This document shows positions 8,857 to 20,660 of a DNA stretch of 37,177 nt, piece after piece (within the stretch, counting starts at the first letter, position 1; each line of letters begins with the position of its first letter). The DNA is from Candidatus Kaiserbacteria bacterium RIFCSPHIGHO2_01_FULL_58_22 (GTDB lineage Bacteria; Patescibacteriota; Minisyncoccia; Phycocordibacterales; UBA2100): NCBI GenBank assembly GCA_001781445.1, contig MFLB01000039.1, forward strand, positions 1 through 37,177, written 5' to 3'. A model generated the notes under the pieces. The model saw only the letters and a list, made by a program, of their open reading frames with translations, had not been told where the DNA came from and did no database searches. Made by a program: the position numbers and the translations under genes.

Positions 8857-9012
8857 TCAGCGCATTCGTTTTTTCTTCGGATTTCCCTTCTTTTTCTTCC
8901 GCACCGGCTGCATCATCGCCTCCTTAGCCTTTCCTTCCATGCGCGGCGGGCGCGTCAGGCGCGACACTTCCCGGATCTCCAGTTTGTTCCTTTTCGCGGA
9001 ACGCGGGCGCAT
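8857..9012 (-). CDS. Small basic hypothetical protein (51 aa)
   Basis: MRPRSAKRNK...KKKKGNPKKKRMR fills the gap between co-oriented genes. Confidence 0.4.
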   Translation of the reverse strand: MRPRSAKRNKLEIREVSRLTRPPRMEGKAKEAMMQPVRKKKKGNPKKKRMR

Positions 9013-9050
9013 ATGCGTCCATTGTGTTCCCGTGCGAGGGTCTTCGCAAC

Positions 9051-9647
9051 TCACTTCCCCTTGCGGCCGAGATCGTGCGCCTTCCGGAGCCATTTCTCCC
9101 GCTTGTCGTGCGCGGGATGCTCGGCGGGTCCGAACCACGTCGTATGGACCCAGAACCCGGCGAACCACAAGATCCCCCACTTGAGCTGGGCATTGACGTT
9201 GCCCGGCAAAAAACGCACGAGCCACGGCGGCGTGCCCGAGGTGACGATGATGCGCGCGGTTTTCCCAGCATACAGGCGATGCCAGAAAATCGTGCGCTCG
9301 CCGGTCTTGGTCTTGATGTAGCGGAAGGCCGAGCCGGGCAACCACGCGCGGTCGAAAAGCCCTTTAAGGACGGCGGGCATGCCGACCCACCACACCGGAT
9401 GTATGACGACGAAGTGGTCGGCCCGGTTCACGTTGTTCTGGAATGCGACGAGGTCGGGCTCGAGCTCCTGGCGTTCGCGGTACCCTTTGTGGAGGACGGG
9501 GTCGAACCGCATCTCGCCGATGTTCATGCGCACGATGGTGTGCCCAGCCTCCTTCGCGCCCTGCGCGTAGGCGTCCGCGAGCGCGCCGCACAGGCCGCTC
9601 TTGTCGGGATGCCCGAGGAGAACGAAAATGTCTTTCTTCCCGCGCAT
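9051..9647 (-). CDS. NAD(P)H-dependent oxidoreductase, flavodoxin-like fold (quinone reductase family)
   Basis: LGHP..SGL, HPVWW.GMPA.LKG.FDR, GKTARIIVTSG. Confidence 0.9.
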   Translation of the reverse strand: MRGKKDIFVLLGHPDKSGLCGALADAYAQGAKEAGHTIVRMNIGEMRFDPVLHKGYRERQELEPDLVAFQNNVNRADHFVVIHPVWWVGMPAVLKGLFDRAWLPGSAFRYIKTKTGERTIFWHRLYAGKTARIIVTSGTPPWLVRFLPGNVNAQLKWGILWFAGFWVHTTWFGPAEHPAHDKREKWLRKAHDLGRKGK

Positions 9648-9650
9648 CGT

Positions 9651-10133
9651 TCATCCCATCGAGGTAGTATCTTCGCGCACGGCGTCGAATTCCCTTTCGT
9701 CGAACTCCCCCGCCTCGTCGCGCTTCCCCACTTTGTGCATCACGAACGCGCGCACGGTTTTCATGCTGAAATAGAACCCGGCGAGGAACGCGAGCGCGAC
9801 TACCTCGCGCAGGATGAATTGCATCCACGTGCTCTCATGGTACGAAAAAAGCGCCCACGTCTCGAAGATGACAAGCCCGACTCCCGCCGCGACCGCGCCA
9901 GCCATGAAGATCGTCCTGTTGTGCGGATTTGCGAGCGCCGCGAGAGCGACGAGAAGAAGGGCTCCCGCTATCTCGAACGGGAGTTCCGTGCGCAGGGAAT
10001 CGGCGTAGAACGGCGCGCCTATCAGAAGAAGCGCCGCCGTGGATATGAAGAGCTGGCGCACGATGTCCCCGTGATAATGGGGCACGGGTTCCGCATGGAA
10101 CTCGAGGGGAGAGAATTCATCCTTGTCCTTCAT
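9651..10133 (-). CDS. Hypothetical membrane protein (about 4 TM)
   Basis: 160-aa ORF in the co-oriented gene run, with hydrophobic segments. Confidence 0.75.
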   Translation of the reverse strand: MKDKDEFSPLEFHAEPVPHYHGDIVRQLFISTAALLLIGAPFYADSLRTELPFEIAGALLLVALAALANPHNRTIFMAGAVAAGVGLVIFETWALFSYHESTWMQFILREVVALAFLAGFYFSMKTVRAFVMHKVGKRDEAGEFDEREFDAVREDTTSMG

Positions 10134-10142
10134 AAAGTGGCA

Positions 10143-10451
10143 TCAATTATCTCCCGCTCGGCGCTTCTTGGCAACTGCGATGAGCGCCTCCGGGTCGTCC
10201 CCGGCGGAGGCCTTGTTCCTGCGCGTGTGCCCGCAGAGGGCGCACCGATGCATGATGGCGTAGTCGGGGCTCGAACCCTCGAGAGCGACGGGCTCCATCA
10301 TGCCGCCGCAGGGCGCGGCCCTGTCGCCCGGATGCACGTCCACGTGCCTGCTCCAGAGGCATTTCGGGCAATGATTGGTGTAGCCGTTTCCTTGCACGCG
10401 CATTCCGCAGTGCCAACAGACGAACGCTTCTACGACCCGTTTGAACGTCAT
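10143..10451 (-). CDS. RNHCP domain-containing zinc-binding protein
   Basis: F.C..CG, TNHCP.CLWSRHVD..PGDRA..CGG.MEP, HRC..CG. Confidence 0.9.
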   Translation of the reverse strand: MTFKRVVEAFVCWHCGMRVQGNGYTNHCPKCLWSRHVDVHPGDRAAPCGGMMEPVALEGSSPDYAIMHRCALCGHTRRNKASAGDDPEALIAVAKKRRAGDN

Positions 10452-10466
10452 TGGTTTTGCGCGCGC

Positions 10467-11588
10467 CTACAGCCGCCTGACGAGATCGACGAGTTTCAGG
10501 GTGATGGCCTCCATCTGCTTCAGTATCTGCTGAAAAAGCGAGCCCGACTCCCGCGCCGACTCCCGCAGATCGGGAGCCGTATACGAAGGCGCGAATGTCT
10601 CGGCGCTTCGCGTTTCCGGAGGCGCCGCGCCCTCCGCCGGCACGGGCGCGAGCTTCACGGCGGATGTCCTGATGCCGGAGACGCTGTTAGCATTGATGAC
10701 GGGGAGCGCGGGCACCTTGATCGCCGGGGTCTTCACGAGACTCGACGTGGGCGCGGAAAGCGCGTTTAGAAGGTCGCTCACGGTTTTCGACGGCGCCTGC
10801 TTCCCGGTTTCTGCGGAAACGGACTGCAAAGGCGCGAGAAGGCCCGATGCGCCGATAGACTGCGAGAGAGGCTGGTTCACGGGCGCGGATGATGCCGGAG
10901 CGGCGGATACGGGAGCGGCTGGAGATACTGGAGCAACCTGGGTCGCCGGCTGTGCTCTCACTATCGAACTGCAGGGCACTACGACGAGCGGCTCCGTGCT
11001 CACGATGCAGTTCTGCCCGGACAAGAGTCCCGCCGGCGTCGCTTGGTTGTAGATGGGCAGGTTCGCGTACGGCGCGTCGAACGTGCGGCTCGCCCACGCC
11101 TCCCTGTCTCTCGGATCGAGCGGGCCCAGCGATTGCCCTTCGATGCCGCACAAAAGGGTTACGGTCACGTCTTTTATAACACCGCTGTTGCGCCCCATGG
11201 ACCCCCCGCTCAAATACTGCATTGATTTTTCGTTGAGGTCTATGACGCGGCCCGACACCAACGGACCGTTGTCGTTGATGCGCACGACCATAGAGCGGCC
11301 GTTCGGCGCTTGGACGATCGCGTCGCATATCGCGCCGCGCCCGTATCCGCACCTGTATTGTTTCGCGATAGCCAGCTGAAGCGCGGCCTCGTATTCGTTC
11401 GGATTGTACCAGCCGCCCGTGGCAAGCGTCCCGCCGCCGGTCCGCCAGCCTGGAAGGAACGGATTGTAGGTGGACGCGTCGCCCTTGAACGACGTCTTGA
11501 CGCACGGTTCCGCCGCTGTAGTGAATTGGAAGGAAAGGAAAACCAGCGCGAGCATGGTGCCGGCGAACTGACGCGTATATTTGAGCAT
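10467..11588 (-). CDS. Secreted RlpA-like (DPBB) lytic transglycosylase domain protein with Pro/Ala/Ser-rich tail
   Basis: Signal peptide; G.ASTY, NGRS.VVRINDNGP...GRVIDL motifs. Confidence 0.8.
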   Translation of the reverse strand: MLKYTRQFAGTMLALVFLSFQFTTAAEPCVKTSFKGDASTYNPFLPGWRTGGGTLATGGWYNPNEYEAALQLAIAKQYRCGYGRGAICDAIVQAPNGRSMVVRINDNGPLVSGRVIDLNEKSMQYLSGGSMGRNSGVIKDVTVTLLCGIEGQSLGPLDPRDREAWASRTFDAPYANLPIYNQATPAGLLSGQNCIVSTEPLVVVPCSSIVRAQPATQVAPVSPAAPVSAAPASSAPVNQPLSQSIGASGLLAPLQSVSAETGKQAPSKTVSDLLNALSAPTSSLVKTPAIKVPALPVINANSVSGIRTSAVKLAPVPAEGAAPPETRSAETFAPSYTAPDLRESARESGSLFQQILKQMEAITLKLVDLVRRL

Positions 11589-11735
11589 CCATGCCAGTAT
11601 ATAACGGACGCAAGGCGGCGCGCGAGAACCCTAGAAACCCGCACTCACGCCTTCAGGCTTCCGCGCCTGCGGAACTCGCTTCCTACACAGTCCTCCGCGG
11701 AAACCTGGCCGGCGGGAGGAGTTTTCAAACATGCT

Positions 11736-13115
11736 CTACTTCACGATGGCCGACGCCGAGCGCTCGAGCGGCGTTCCGGATGCGCTCCGGCATTGGAGGC
11801 TGAAATCCCACGCGCCGGGAGTCGTCGTCGCGCTCGTGAGTATCGTCCGGGAACCCTCGTTGCCGCGGGCGATCAGCGCGTTGGTTCCTCCGGCGCGCGC
11901 ATACACGTGGCAGGGTTCCGCGACGCTCATGCCGATCGAGGACCACGAAACGACGAGCGGATTCCCCCGCGCGACCTCCCTCGGCTGGACGACGAGCGAA
12001 GCGACGGATGCCGGCATGGGAGGAGGCATTCCCTGTGGCGAAGGCAGAAAACCGGAAACTGGTCGCGAAGAAGGCGGCTGTACGGAGGGCGGCGCGGCTC
12101 CCTGCCGCGAAAAAAGTCCGCTGAAAAGAGAAAAGATGCTCCCGAACGCGCTCACGTTCGCGAACGGGCTGGCACCGCGGTTGGAAGAACTCATGGAGTA
12201 GCCTGCATAGGCGGAGCCGGCCGGCACAGCTCCCGGCCCAAACGTGTGCGGCGCGATGCCCTCTCTCGCCGGCGGCGCGGCGGCCGCGGGGATTTTTGCG
12301 GGGTCGACATCCGCAAGCTTCTTGACGTCTGTCGGCGTCAGGTTCAGCTCCGGATACTCGCGCGCGAGCCTTTCGGCTCCTTCGGCGTCACCGGATCTTC
12401 CCGCTCGGATGATTTCCTGGACGAGAGCCGTTTTTGCGCGATCGCTTGCAATAGCGGCGGCTTTCGCCGGATCCATGCCGCCTCCCGCCAAGACCTCCCT
12501 CGTTTTTGCTTCTGGGTCGGTAAACGCAACGATAATTCCCCGAGTCACCGGAGGACCGATCGGCGGCGCGGCTGGCGAGACATCGGGCTTGAAAGCTCGC
12601 ACCGCGAGACGTATCGTATTTCTTTTCAATGGATCGGCGCTCTTATTCTCGGCGCTCGCGCTGATGTCGCCGGGAAGGGAAGGATCGCATTTTGAGCGGA
12701 CGATATCCGGGCCGCCCTGAAACGTATCCTCGTATGCAAGAGTCGGCGGAGTTTGCCCCGTACCACAGCCGTATTTTTGCAGATCGGCCACCGAACAACA
12801 GGCGCGCGTTGTTTTAATGGCGATCCGGACATAGCAACTGCTTCCGAGCTTGCAATTCGGATAGTTCGTTCGTATCGAAACCCTTTGGTCGGAACACTTT
12901 GAGAGTTGGCTGATTGCGGTATTGGGCACGCCGCTTTTTGCAGAACTGATCCAATAGTTTTTTGAATTGTCCGCACCGGCAACGGAGCCGTATGTCCGTA
13001 CCTCCGTGTAGCCTGCGGGCACGCAGTCTTTCAACGAGCCCGGCGCGGCTTTCGCTTGGGCATGCGCGGCAACAAAAACCGCCATCACGGACAATATGGC
13101 GAGACCAAACCGCAT
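11736..13115 (-). CDS. Secreted/surface hypothetical protein with Cys-rich N-domain and Ig-like C-terminus
   Basis: Start MRFGLAILSV (signal peptide) lies 6 nt after TACAAT; C-terminal L.V.P..V.RG..L.VSWSS...C pattern. Confidence 0.7.
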   Translation of the reverse strand: MRFGLAILSVMAVFVAAHAQAKAAPGSLKDCVPAGYTEVRTYGSVAGADNSKNYWISSAKSGVPNTAISQLSKCSDQRVSIRTNYPNCKLGSSCYVRIAIKTTRACCSVADLQKYGCGTGQTPPTLAYEDTFQGGPDIVRSKCDPSLPGDISASAENKSADPLKRNTIRLAVRAFKPDVSPAAPPIGPPVTRGIIVAFTDPEAKTREVLAGGGMDPAKAAAIASDRAKTALVQEIIRAGRSGDAEGAERLAREYPELNLTPTDVKKLADVDPAKIPAAAAPPAREGIAPHTFGPGAVPAGSAYAGYSMSSSNRGASPFANVSAFGSIFSLFSGLFSRQGAAPPSVQPPSSRPVSGFLPSPQGMPPPMPASVASLVVQPREVARGNPLVVSWSSIGMSVAEPCHVYARAGGTNALIARGNEGSRTILTSATTTPGAWDFSLQCRSASGTPLERSASAIVK

Positions 13116-13188
13116 GCGCTCATTGTATCGCGCCGCGGAAGGAATGCGCCACCGGCGCCATTGAATAATGTTGAAAACCTTGCGCGTG

Positions 13189-13433
13189 CTAGAGAAGCAC
13201 GACGGCGCGGTTGCCGGAGACTTCGAGCACGCCGCTTTCGATAGGAACATCCTTCGTGCTCTCCGCGGACTCGCGGACACGGATCACCCCCTTTTTAAGG
13301 GTTGTCACGAACGGCTCGTGATGCGCGAGCACCGTCAGTTCGCCGTCGGAGCCGGGAAAGGTGGCGGAAACCGACGGGCCGTCGAAGCGCGTCTCGCCCA
13401 CCGAGGCGATAACGAGATGAAAAGTCGAAGACA

Positions 13434-13434
<1 letters not shown>
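13189..13434 (-). CDS. atpC: ATP synthase epsilon subunit (N-terminal beta-sandwich only)
   Basis: FPGSDGELTVLAHHEPFVTTL, GVLEV; follows atpD. Confidence 0.9.
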
Positions 13435-15280
<1,846 letters not shown>

Positions 15281-15341
15281 GATGACCCGATTCTACCCGC
15301 ATTTGCTTCCCATTTCAAATGTGTGTATAGCCCGCCAGTAA

Positions 15342-15375
15342 ATACAGCTCTCGTACATATGTACGAGAACTGTAT
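15342..15375. repeat. 34-bp palindrome, downstream copy
   Basis: ATACAGCTCTCGTACAT|ATGTACGAGAACTGTAT (1 mismatch). Confidence 0.9.
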
Positions 15376-15944
15376 CATGTCGTAATCTTGAAACGTCTTT
15401 GGAGATCCGCGGATCCGTCGACATGCGTTGCGGTTATGAACGACACATGGGGGAGAACTCCGTGGAAATTGGCGATCTCCCGCACCTCATCAGCGCATGG
15501 ATGCGGATGGATCCAAAGCGAACGCTGGTAAAAAACGAGCCCAAGGTTCTGAAGATGCCGTATGAATGGAATTCTCGCCTTAGAAAGTTCCTGAGGGATG
15601 TCGAAGGCGACAATATGCCATCTTCCATCCCATCGTTTCGGAACGGAGATTTTGAGTTCCCACAGCTTCCCTTCCTCCACAAGCCGCCTGCCTATGTCCG
15701 AAAGAGCATATCGCTCTCCGACACCGCGCACATAACCTCTGCGTCGCGCTTCATAGATCCTTCGAGTGGCCCAACGGCGATTTTTCTGCGTATCTCCCAT
15801 GGCGAGTTCTTTTAATACTCTCGCTAGCGCCCACGGGGGCGGAACGGCTCCGATCCCAACGACAAGAACCCCCACACCTATCATCTTGAGAATCCGTATC
15901 GTCTTCTCGCTCGGCCTCTGAAACTTGATCCCAGATATTCTCAT
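15375..15944 (-). CDS. PaaX-like protein (winged HTH plus Cas2/VapD-like ferredoxin domain)
   Basis: RRGYV...YALSD.GR (wHTH wing), WDGRWHIVAFDIP...R...L.NLG....QRSLWIHP. Confidence 0.75.
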   Translation of the reverse strand: MRISGIKFQRPSEKTIRILKMIGVGVLVVGIGAVPPPWALARVLKELAMGDTQKNRRWATRRIYEARRRGYVRGVGERYALSDIGRRLVEEGKLWELKISVPKRWDGRWHIVAFDIPQELSKARIPFIRHLQNLGLVFYQRSLWIHPHPCADEVREIANFHGVLPHVSFITATHVDGSADLQRRFKITT

Positions 15945-15953
15945 ATACTCATA

Positions 15954-15987
15954 ATACAGTTCTTGTACATATGTACAAGGACTGTAT
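15954..15987. repeat. 34-bp palindrome, upstream copy overlapping the promoter
   Basis: ATACAGTTCTTGTACAT|ATGTACAAGGACTGTAT (1 mismatch); overlaps the TATTAT -10 that lies 6 nt before the ATG. Confidence 0.9.
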
Positions 15988-16589
15988 CACTGAAATCCTG
16001 AAAATTCCGAAAGCAGTATGGTGCGGGCTTTGGCAAGCGCGCGGCCGCGGTGGCTGACGCTATTCTTCTCTTCGACGCTTATTTCCGCGCCCGTCTTTTG
16101 CAGTTCGTCGGAAAAGAAAACGGGATCGTAGCCGAATCCCCCGCTCCCGCGCGGCTCGCGCGTGATGCGGCCGCCGTACGAGCCCTCGCAGGTGCGGATG
16201 CCGTCCGTCGCCGGGTCGTACATGGCGACCGCGGCGACAAAGCGCGCGGTGCGTTTTTTATCCGGCACATCTTCCATCTCCCGGAGCAATTTCCGGTATC
16301 GCGCCTCGTCGTTGCCTTCCGCGTAGCGGGCGGAGAGCACGCCGGGCTTGCCGCCGAGAGCTTCCACCTGAAGCCCCGAATCCTCGGCGAGCGTGAGCTT
16401 CCCCGTCCTCGTGCCGTACGTCCTCGCCTTGAGGACAGCGTTCTCTTCAAATGTCGTTCCGGTTTCCTCGACATCCGCGCCCGCCGCTACGTCCGCAAGC
16501 GTGAGGATGGCAAAGGGGATCTCTCCGAGCGCGTCGAGCATCTCGCGGAGCTTTCCCCTGTTGCGCGTCGCGATCAAAAGCTCGCGCAT
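15987..16589 (-). CDS. rdgB: Non-canonical purine NTP pyrophosphatase (RdgB/HAM1)
   Basis: ATRN.GKL.E, EETG.TFEENA..KA, EDSGL, GFGYDP, KN.VSHR. Confidence 0.95.
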   Translation of the reverse strand: MRELLIATRNRGKLREMLDALGEIPFAILTLADVAAGADVEETGTTFEENAVLKARTYGTRTGKLTLAEDSGLQVEALGGKPGVLSARYAEGNDEARYRKLLREMEDVPDKKRTARFVAAVAMYDPATDGIRTCEGSYGGRITREPRGSGGFGYDPVFFSDELQKTGAEISVEEKNSVSHRGRALAKARTILLSEFSGFQ

Positions 16590-16594
16590 ATGAA

Positions 16595-16674
16595 TAGTTC
16601 GTAGTTAGTAGATAGTAGTAAGTAGAGAGTCTATTTAATTTAACTACTAACTACAGACTACTTTCTACTAACTA
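16595..16674. repeat. Inverted heptamer arrays (TAGTTAG)n / (CTACTAA)n
   Basis: About five degenerate units per arm; similar arrays at 17599-17678, 19633-19660, 20460-20660 and 31097-31180. Confidence 0.8.
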
Positions 16675-16676
16675 GT

Positions 16677-17594
16677 TCATCGCATCGCCTCGATGCCGCT
16701 CGTTATCTCGGATACCTCGCGCGTGATGGCGGCCTGGCGCACCTTGTTGAAGGTGCGCGTGAGGTCGCCCGCCATTTCCTTGGCTTTGTCGGTCGCGTTC
16801 TTCATCGCGACCATGCGGGCCGAGTGTTCGGAGGCTTTCGCTTCGAGGAGCGCGTGGAAGACCGCGATGTTCAGTAGTTTCGGAAGGAGCGCGCTCAAAA
16901 CCTCTTCGGGGCTCGGCTCGATGGTGTAGACCGCCGGCTGTTCATGTTTTTCGCCGGTTTCCGGTGCATATTTCCCTTTTGCCGGCCTGATGTGCTGTAC
17001 CATCTCCCGCATCATCTCCGCGGTTATCGGCACGATCTGGCGCACGCCCGCCTCCTGCTCGAAGGTCGAGAGAAAATTCTGATACGCGATGACGCACTCG
17101 CCGACCTCCCCGGCTTCTTTCCATTCGAGCAGTTTGTCGGTGATCATCCGCGTCTCCCCCTCGGAAACCCCGTCGCTTACGTTTTCGTGCTTGACGCGCA
17201 CCTCGTAGCCGCGCGAGGCGAAATAGTCCCCGCCGCGGCGGCCCACGGCTATCATGACGACGTCGTTCTTGGCAAGGCGTCGCCTTGCTATCTCGGCTTC
17301 GACACTGCGCACGACGGCGCTGTTGAGGGAGCCTGCCAGTCCCTTGTCGCTCGTAATGACGATTATGCAGGTCTTCCCTATCTGCTCCTTCGCGAGCGGG
17401 TGCCGCTCGGCGTCCGGCGTCCCTGCGAGACGCTCCAGCACGGAGAGGGCCGCGGCCGCGTACGCACGCCCATTCAAGGCGCGCTCCTGCGATTTCCGCA
17501 TCTTGACCGCCGAGACGGCTTCCATCGCGTGCGTTACCGTCCCCGTCTTTTTGTAGGAGACTATTTTCGTCTTGATGCTTTTGAGGGAAGCCAT
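16677..17594 (-). CDS. atpG: ATP synthase gamma subunit
   Basis: AME.VSAVK, SDKGLAG, ASEHSARMVAM, RQAAIT.E. Confidence 0.97.
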   Translation of the reverse strand: MASLKSIKTKIVSYKKTGTVTHAMEAVSAVKMRKSQERALNGRAYAAAALSVLERLAGTPDAERHPLAKEQIGKTCIIVITSDKGLAGSLNSAVVRSVEAEIARRRLAKNDVVMIAVGRRGGDYFASRGYEVRVKHENVSDGVSEGETRMITDKLLEWKEAGEVGECVIAYQNFLSTFEQEAGVRQIVPITAEMMREMVQHIRPAKGKYAPETGEKHEQPAVYTIEPSPEEVLSALLPKLLNIAVFHALLEAKASEHSARMVAMKNATDKAKEMAGDLTRTFNKVRQAAITREVSEITSGIEAMR

Positions 17595-17664
17595 GCGATA
17601 GTAGTTAGTGGTCAGTAGTCAGTAGTTAGTAGTAAAATGCATCAAGACTACTTTCTACTTTCTA

Positions 17665-19236
17665 CTAACTATTTACTATGAAGAACTCCTTGTGCGCGAG
17701 TTTGAACTCGTTCATCGCAATGTCCAGTGTTTTCTTCAGCTCGTCCGACAGTTGGCCGCTCTTCTTTATCTCTGTCAATGTTTTAGAGTATTGTCCGTCG
17801 AAGAATCCGGCAAGCTGGGCTTCCACGGCGGTGACCTTCGCCGCCGGCACGTCGGCGAAGAATTTCTGTCCGGCGGCGTAGAGGATCGCGACCTGCAACT
17901 CCATCGCGATAGGCGCGCCGTTCTTCTGCTTCAAGACTTCCACCATGCGCTGGCCGCTTGCGATGCGCTCCGCGGTCGCCTTGTCGAGATCTTGCGCGAA
18001 CTGCATGAACGCTTCGAGTTCGCGGAACTGCGCGAGTTCGAGCTTGAGGCCGCCCGCGACAGCCTTCATCGCCTTCTTCTGCGCGGCGCTCCCCACGCGC
18101 GAGACCGAGATGCCGACGTCTATCGCGGGGCGGATGCCCTTGTTGAAAAGCTCCGAGACGAGGAATATCTGCCCGTCGGTGATGGAGATGACGTTGGTCG
18201 GGATGTAGCCCGAGACGTCGCCGTCCTGCGTCTCGATGATGGGAAGCGCGGTGAGACTCCCGCCGCCCTTCTCTTTCGATAGGCACGCCGCGCGCTCGAG
18301 AAGGCGTGAATGAAGGTAGAAAATGTCGCCCGGGTACGCCTCGCGCCCCGGCGGGCGCCGCAGGAGCAACGAGAGCTGGCGGTATGCCACCGCCTGTTTG
18401 GAGAGGTCGTCGTATACGACGACGACGTCCTTGCCTTTGTCCATAAAATACTCGCCGATGGCCGCGCCAGAAAACGGCGCGAGATACTGCAGAGCCGCCG
18501 GCGCGGAAGCCGGCGCGTTGACGACGATGGTATATTCGAGCGCGCGCTCCTTGCGCAACTGTTCAACGATGCGCGCGGTCTTCGATTCCTTCTGCCCGAT
18601 CGCGACGTATATGCAAATAGGCCGCCGCTCTTTCGGCTCGTTGCGCTGGCTGATGATGGTGTCTATCGCGATGGTGGTCTTCCCGGTGCCGCGGTCGCCG
18701 ATGATGAGCTCGCGCTGGCCGCGCCCGATCGGGATCATCGCGTCGATCGCCTTGATGCCGGTCTGCACGGGCTCCGAGACGGAGCGCCTGTCGATGACGC
18801 CGCTCGCCTGCCGCTCGACCGGCATGAGCGTCGTTTTCTTGAACGGGCCCTTTCCGTCCAACGGCTCGCCCAAGGCGTTGACGACGCGCCCCAAAAGCTC
18901 CTCGCCCGAAGGCACCGAGAGCACGCGGCCGGTTGATTTGACCGTCATTCCCTCCGAGACGCGGGCCGTGTCGCCGAGGATAGCCGCGCGCACGCCGTCT
19001 TCTTCGAGATTCAAAATGACGCCGTAAAGCTCGCCCTGCGCTTCCATGGAACGGGCGAGCGATGCGCCCTTCCCCTCCTCGAAAAGGATTATCTCGCTCA
19101 TCACCGCCTTCGAAAGGCCGTCTATCGCGACGACGCCGTCGCCGACGGCCGTTACCGCGCCCACATGCTCGCTTTCCGCCGCCGGCGCAAACGTTTCGAT
19201 CTCTCTGATTATCTTTTCGACGACGAGATTATTCAT
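17665..19236 (-). CDS. atpA: ATP synthase alpha subunit
   Basis: [24 protein letters not shown]. Confidence 0.98.
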   Translation of the reverse strand: MNNLVVEKIIREIETFAPAAESEHVGAVTAVGDGVVAIDGLSKAVMSEIILFEEGKGASLARSMEAQGELYGVILNLEEDGVRAAILGDTARVSEGMTVKSTGRVLSVPSGEELLGRVVNALGEPLDGKGPFKKTTLMPVERQASGVIDRRSVSEPVQTGIKAIDAMIPIGRGQRELIIGDRGTGKTTIAIDTIISQRNEPKERRPICIYVAIGQKESKTARIVEQLRKERALEYTIVVNAPASAPAALQYLAPFSGAAIGEYFMDKGKDVVVVYDDLSKQAVAYRQLSLLLRRPPGREAYPGDIFYLHSRLLERAACLSKEKGGGSLTALPIIETQDGDVSGYIPTNVISITDGQIFLVSELFNKGIRPAIDVGISVSRVGSAAQKKAMKAVAGGLKLELAQFRELEAFMQFAQDLDKATAERIASGQRMVEVLKQKNGAPIAMELQVAILYAAGQKFFADVPAAKVTAVEAQLAGFFDGQYSKTLTEIKKSGQLSDELKKTLDIAMNEFKLAHKEFFIVNS

Positions 19237-19238
19237 AG

Positions 19239-19625
19239 CTATTGAGTTGCCCGATTATATAGTGAAAGTAGATATTTCTTAAAGCTTGCATCGACGAGTC
19301 GTTCGCGACCTTCGAGCCTCCAGCCGCCTATCAACGTGCTGTCGAGGCGTACTTCGGCTTCCAGCGCGCTCGAATCCATTGCGCGGAGCGCCTCCTTGGC
19401 GGCGCGTTTTGCGCCCGCCTCGTCTTTGGCATGAGCAACGGAGAGTACAACGGCGCGTTTGTCGCTCTCGCGCGCCGCAATGCGCGCGAACGCACGGCCG
19501 ATCTTGGACAGTAATCTCATGCGCCCGTGCCGTTCGAGGACCCTGCGAAGGTTCGCAACCGCGTCCTTGGGCGTTTTCCCTTTCTCGACTATTCGCCAAA
19601 GCGCCTGTGCGTACTGATGTTCCAT
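19239..19625 (-). CDS. atpH: ATP synthase delta subunit (short; start 19625 or 19634)
   Basis: YAQAL, D.TLIGG, VDASFK; lies between atpF and atpA. Confidence 0.85.
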   Translation of the reverse strand: MEHQYAQALWRIVEKGKTPKDAVANLRRVLERHGRMRLLSKIGRAFARIAARESDKRAVVLSVAHAKDEAGAKRAAKEALRAMDSSALEAEVRLDSTLIGGWRLEGRERLVDASFKKYLLSLYNRATQ

Positions 19626-19654
19626 GTATTTCACTACTGACTACAGACTACTGA

Positions 19655-20101
19655 CTACTTACTGGTTCTCAATATCTTCTCGGCCGCGAGCATCGCCGCC
19701 CGCGCTATCTCCCGCTCGCTTTCTTTCAATGCCTGACGCTTCGCTTCTTCGGCGCGCGCGGCGGCGTCTTTCAGCGCGCCTGCGGCCTGCGCTTCCGCGC
19801 TCTTCACGATCTCGTCGGCGCGCTCGCCAGCGCGCGCGCGCGCTTCCGCCACGAGCCCTTCGGCCTGCCGCGCCGCTTCCCCCACCATCCCCTCGCCTTC
19901 CCTCTTCGCTTCCTCGAGACGGCGCGCGGCGGCTTCCGCCTTGCGCACTCCCTCGGCGACCTTCTCCCTGCGCTCGTCGATGATCTTCAGGACTGGCTTG
20001 TAGAGGAAGTACGTCAGAATGGCCAAAAGCAGGCCGAAGTTGAGGGCCTGCACGAGGAGCAGTTTCCAATTGACGCCGAATGTCGCAAATAATTCCTGCA
20101 T
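19655..20101 (-). CDS. atpF: ATP synthase b subunit
   Basis: N-terminal TM (Q..NF..L..L..FLYKP) followed by a charged coiled coil. Confidence 0.95.
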   Translation of the reverse strand: MQELFATFGVNWKLLLVQALNFGLLLAILTYFLYKPVLKIIDERREKVAEGVRKAEAAARRLEEAKREGEGMVGEAARQAEGLVAEARARAGERADEIVKSAEAQAAGALKDAAARAEEAKRQALKESEREIARAAMLAAEKILRTSK

Positions 20102-20113
20102 AGCTTCTGTTTA

Positions 20114-20463
<350 letters not shown>

Positions 20464-20660
20464 TTAGTAGTTAGTAGTGCGTAGTTAGTAGCGACTACAA
20501 TGTTAATAATTGATAACAGCTATGGCCGCATTCTAGCACGCGTTTTCGGACAATCCGGGATTGACCTGCTTCTGTTTGCGTTATATGGTTGCGGCCGCCA
20601 AACGTGCCAGCATTAGCTCATTACAGACTACCGACTACTTTCTACTTTCTACTTACTACC

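Noticed and set aside
9024..12695. Long + strand ORFs (581 aa, 461 aa) and similar ones such as 27928-29475
   Set aside because: Antisense shadows of GC-rich real genes with no recognisable motifs
15342..15987. CRISPR array or cas2 locus
   Set aside because: Only two repeats, separated by a whole gene; no cas1 or effector genes; the Cas2-like fold is part of a PaaX-type protein
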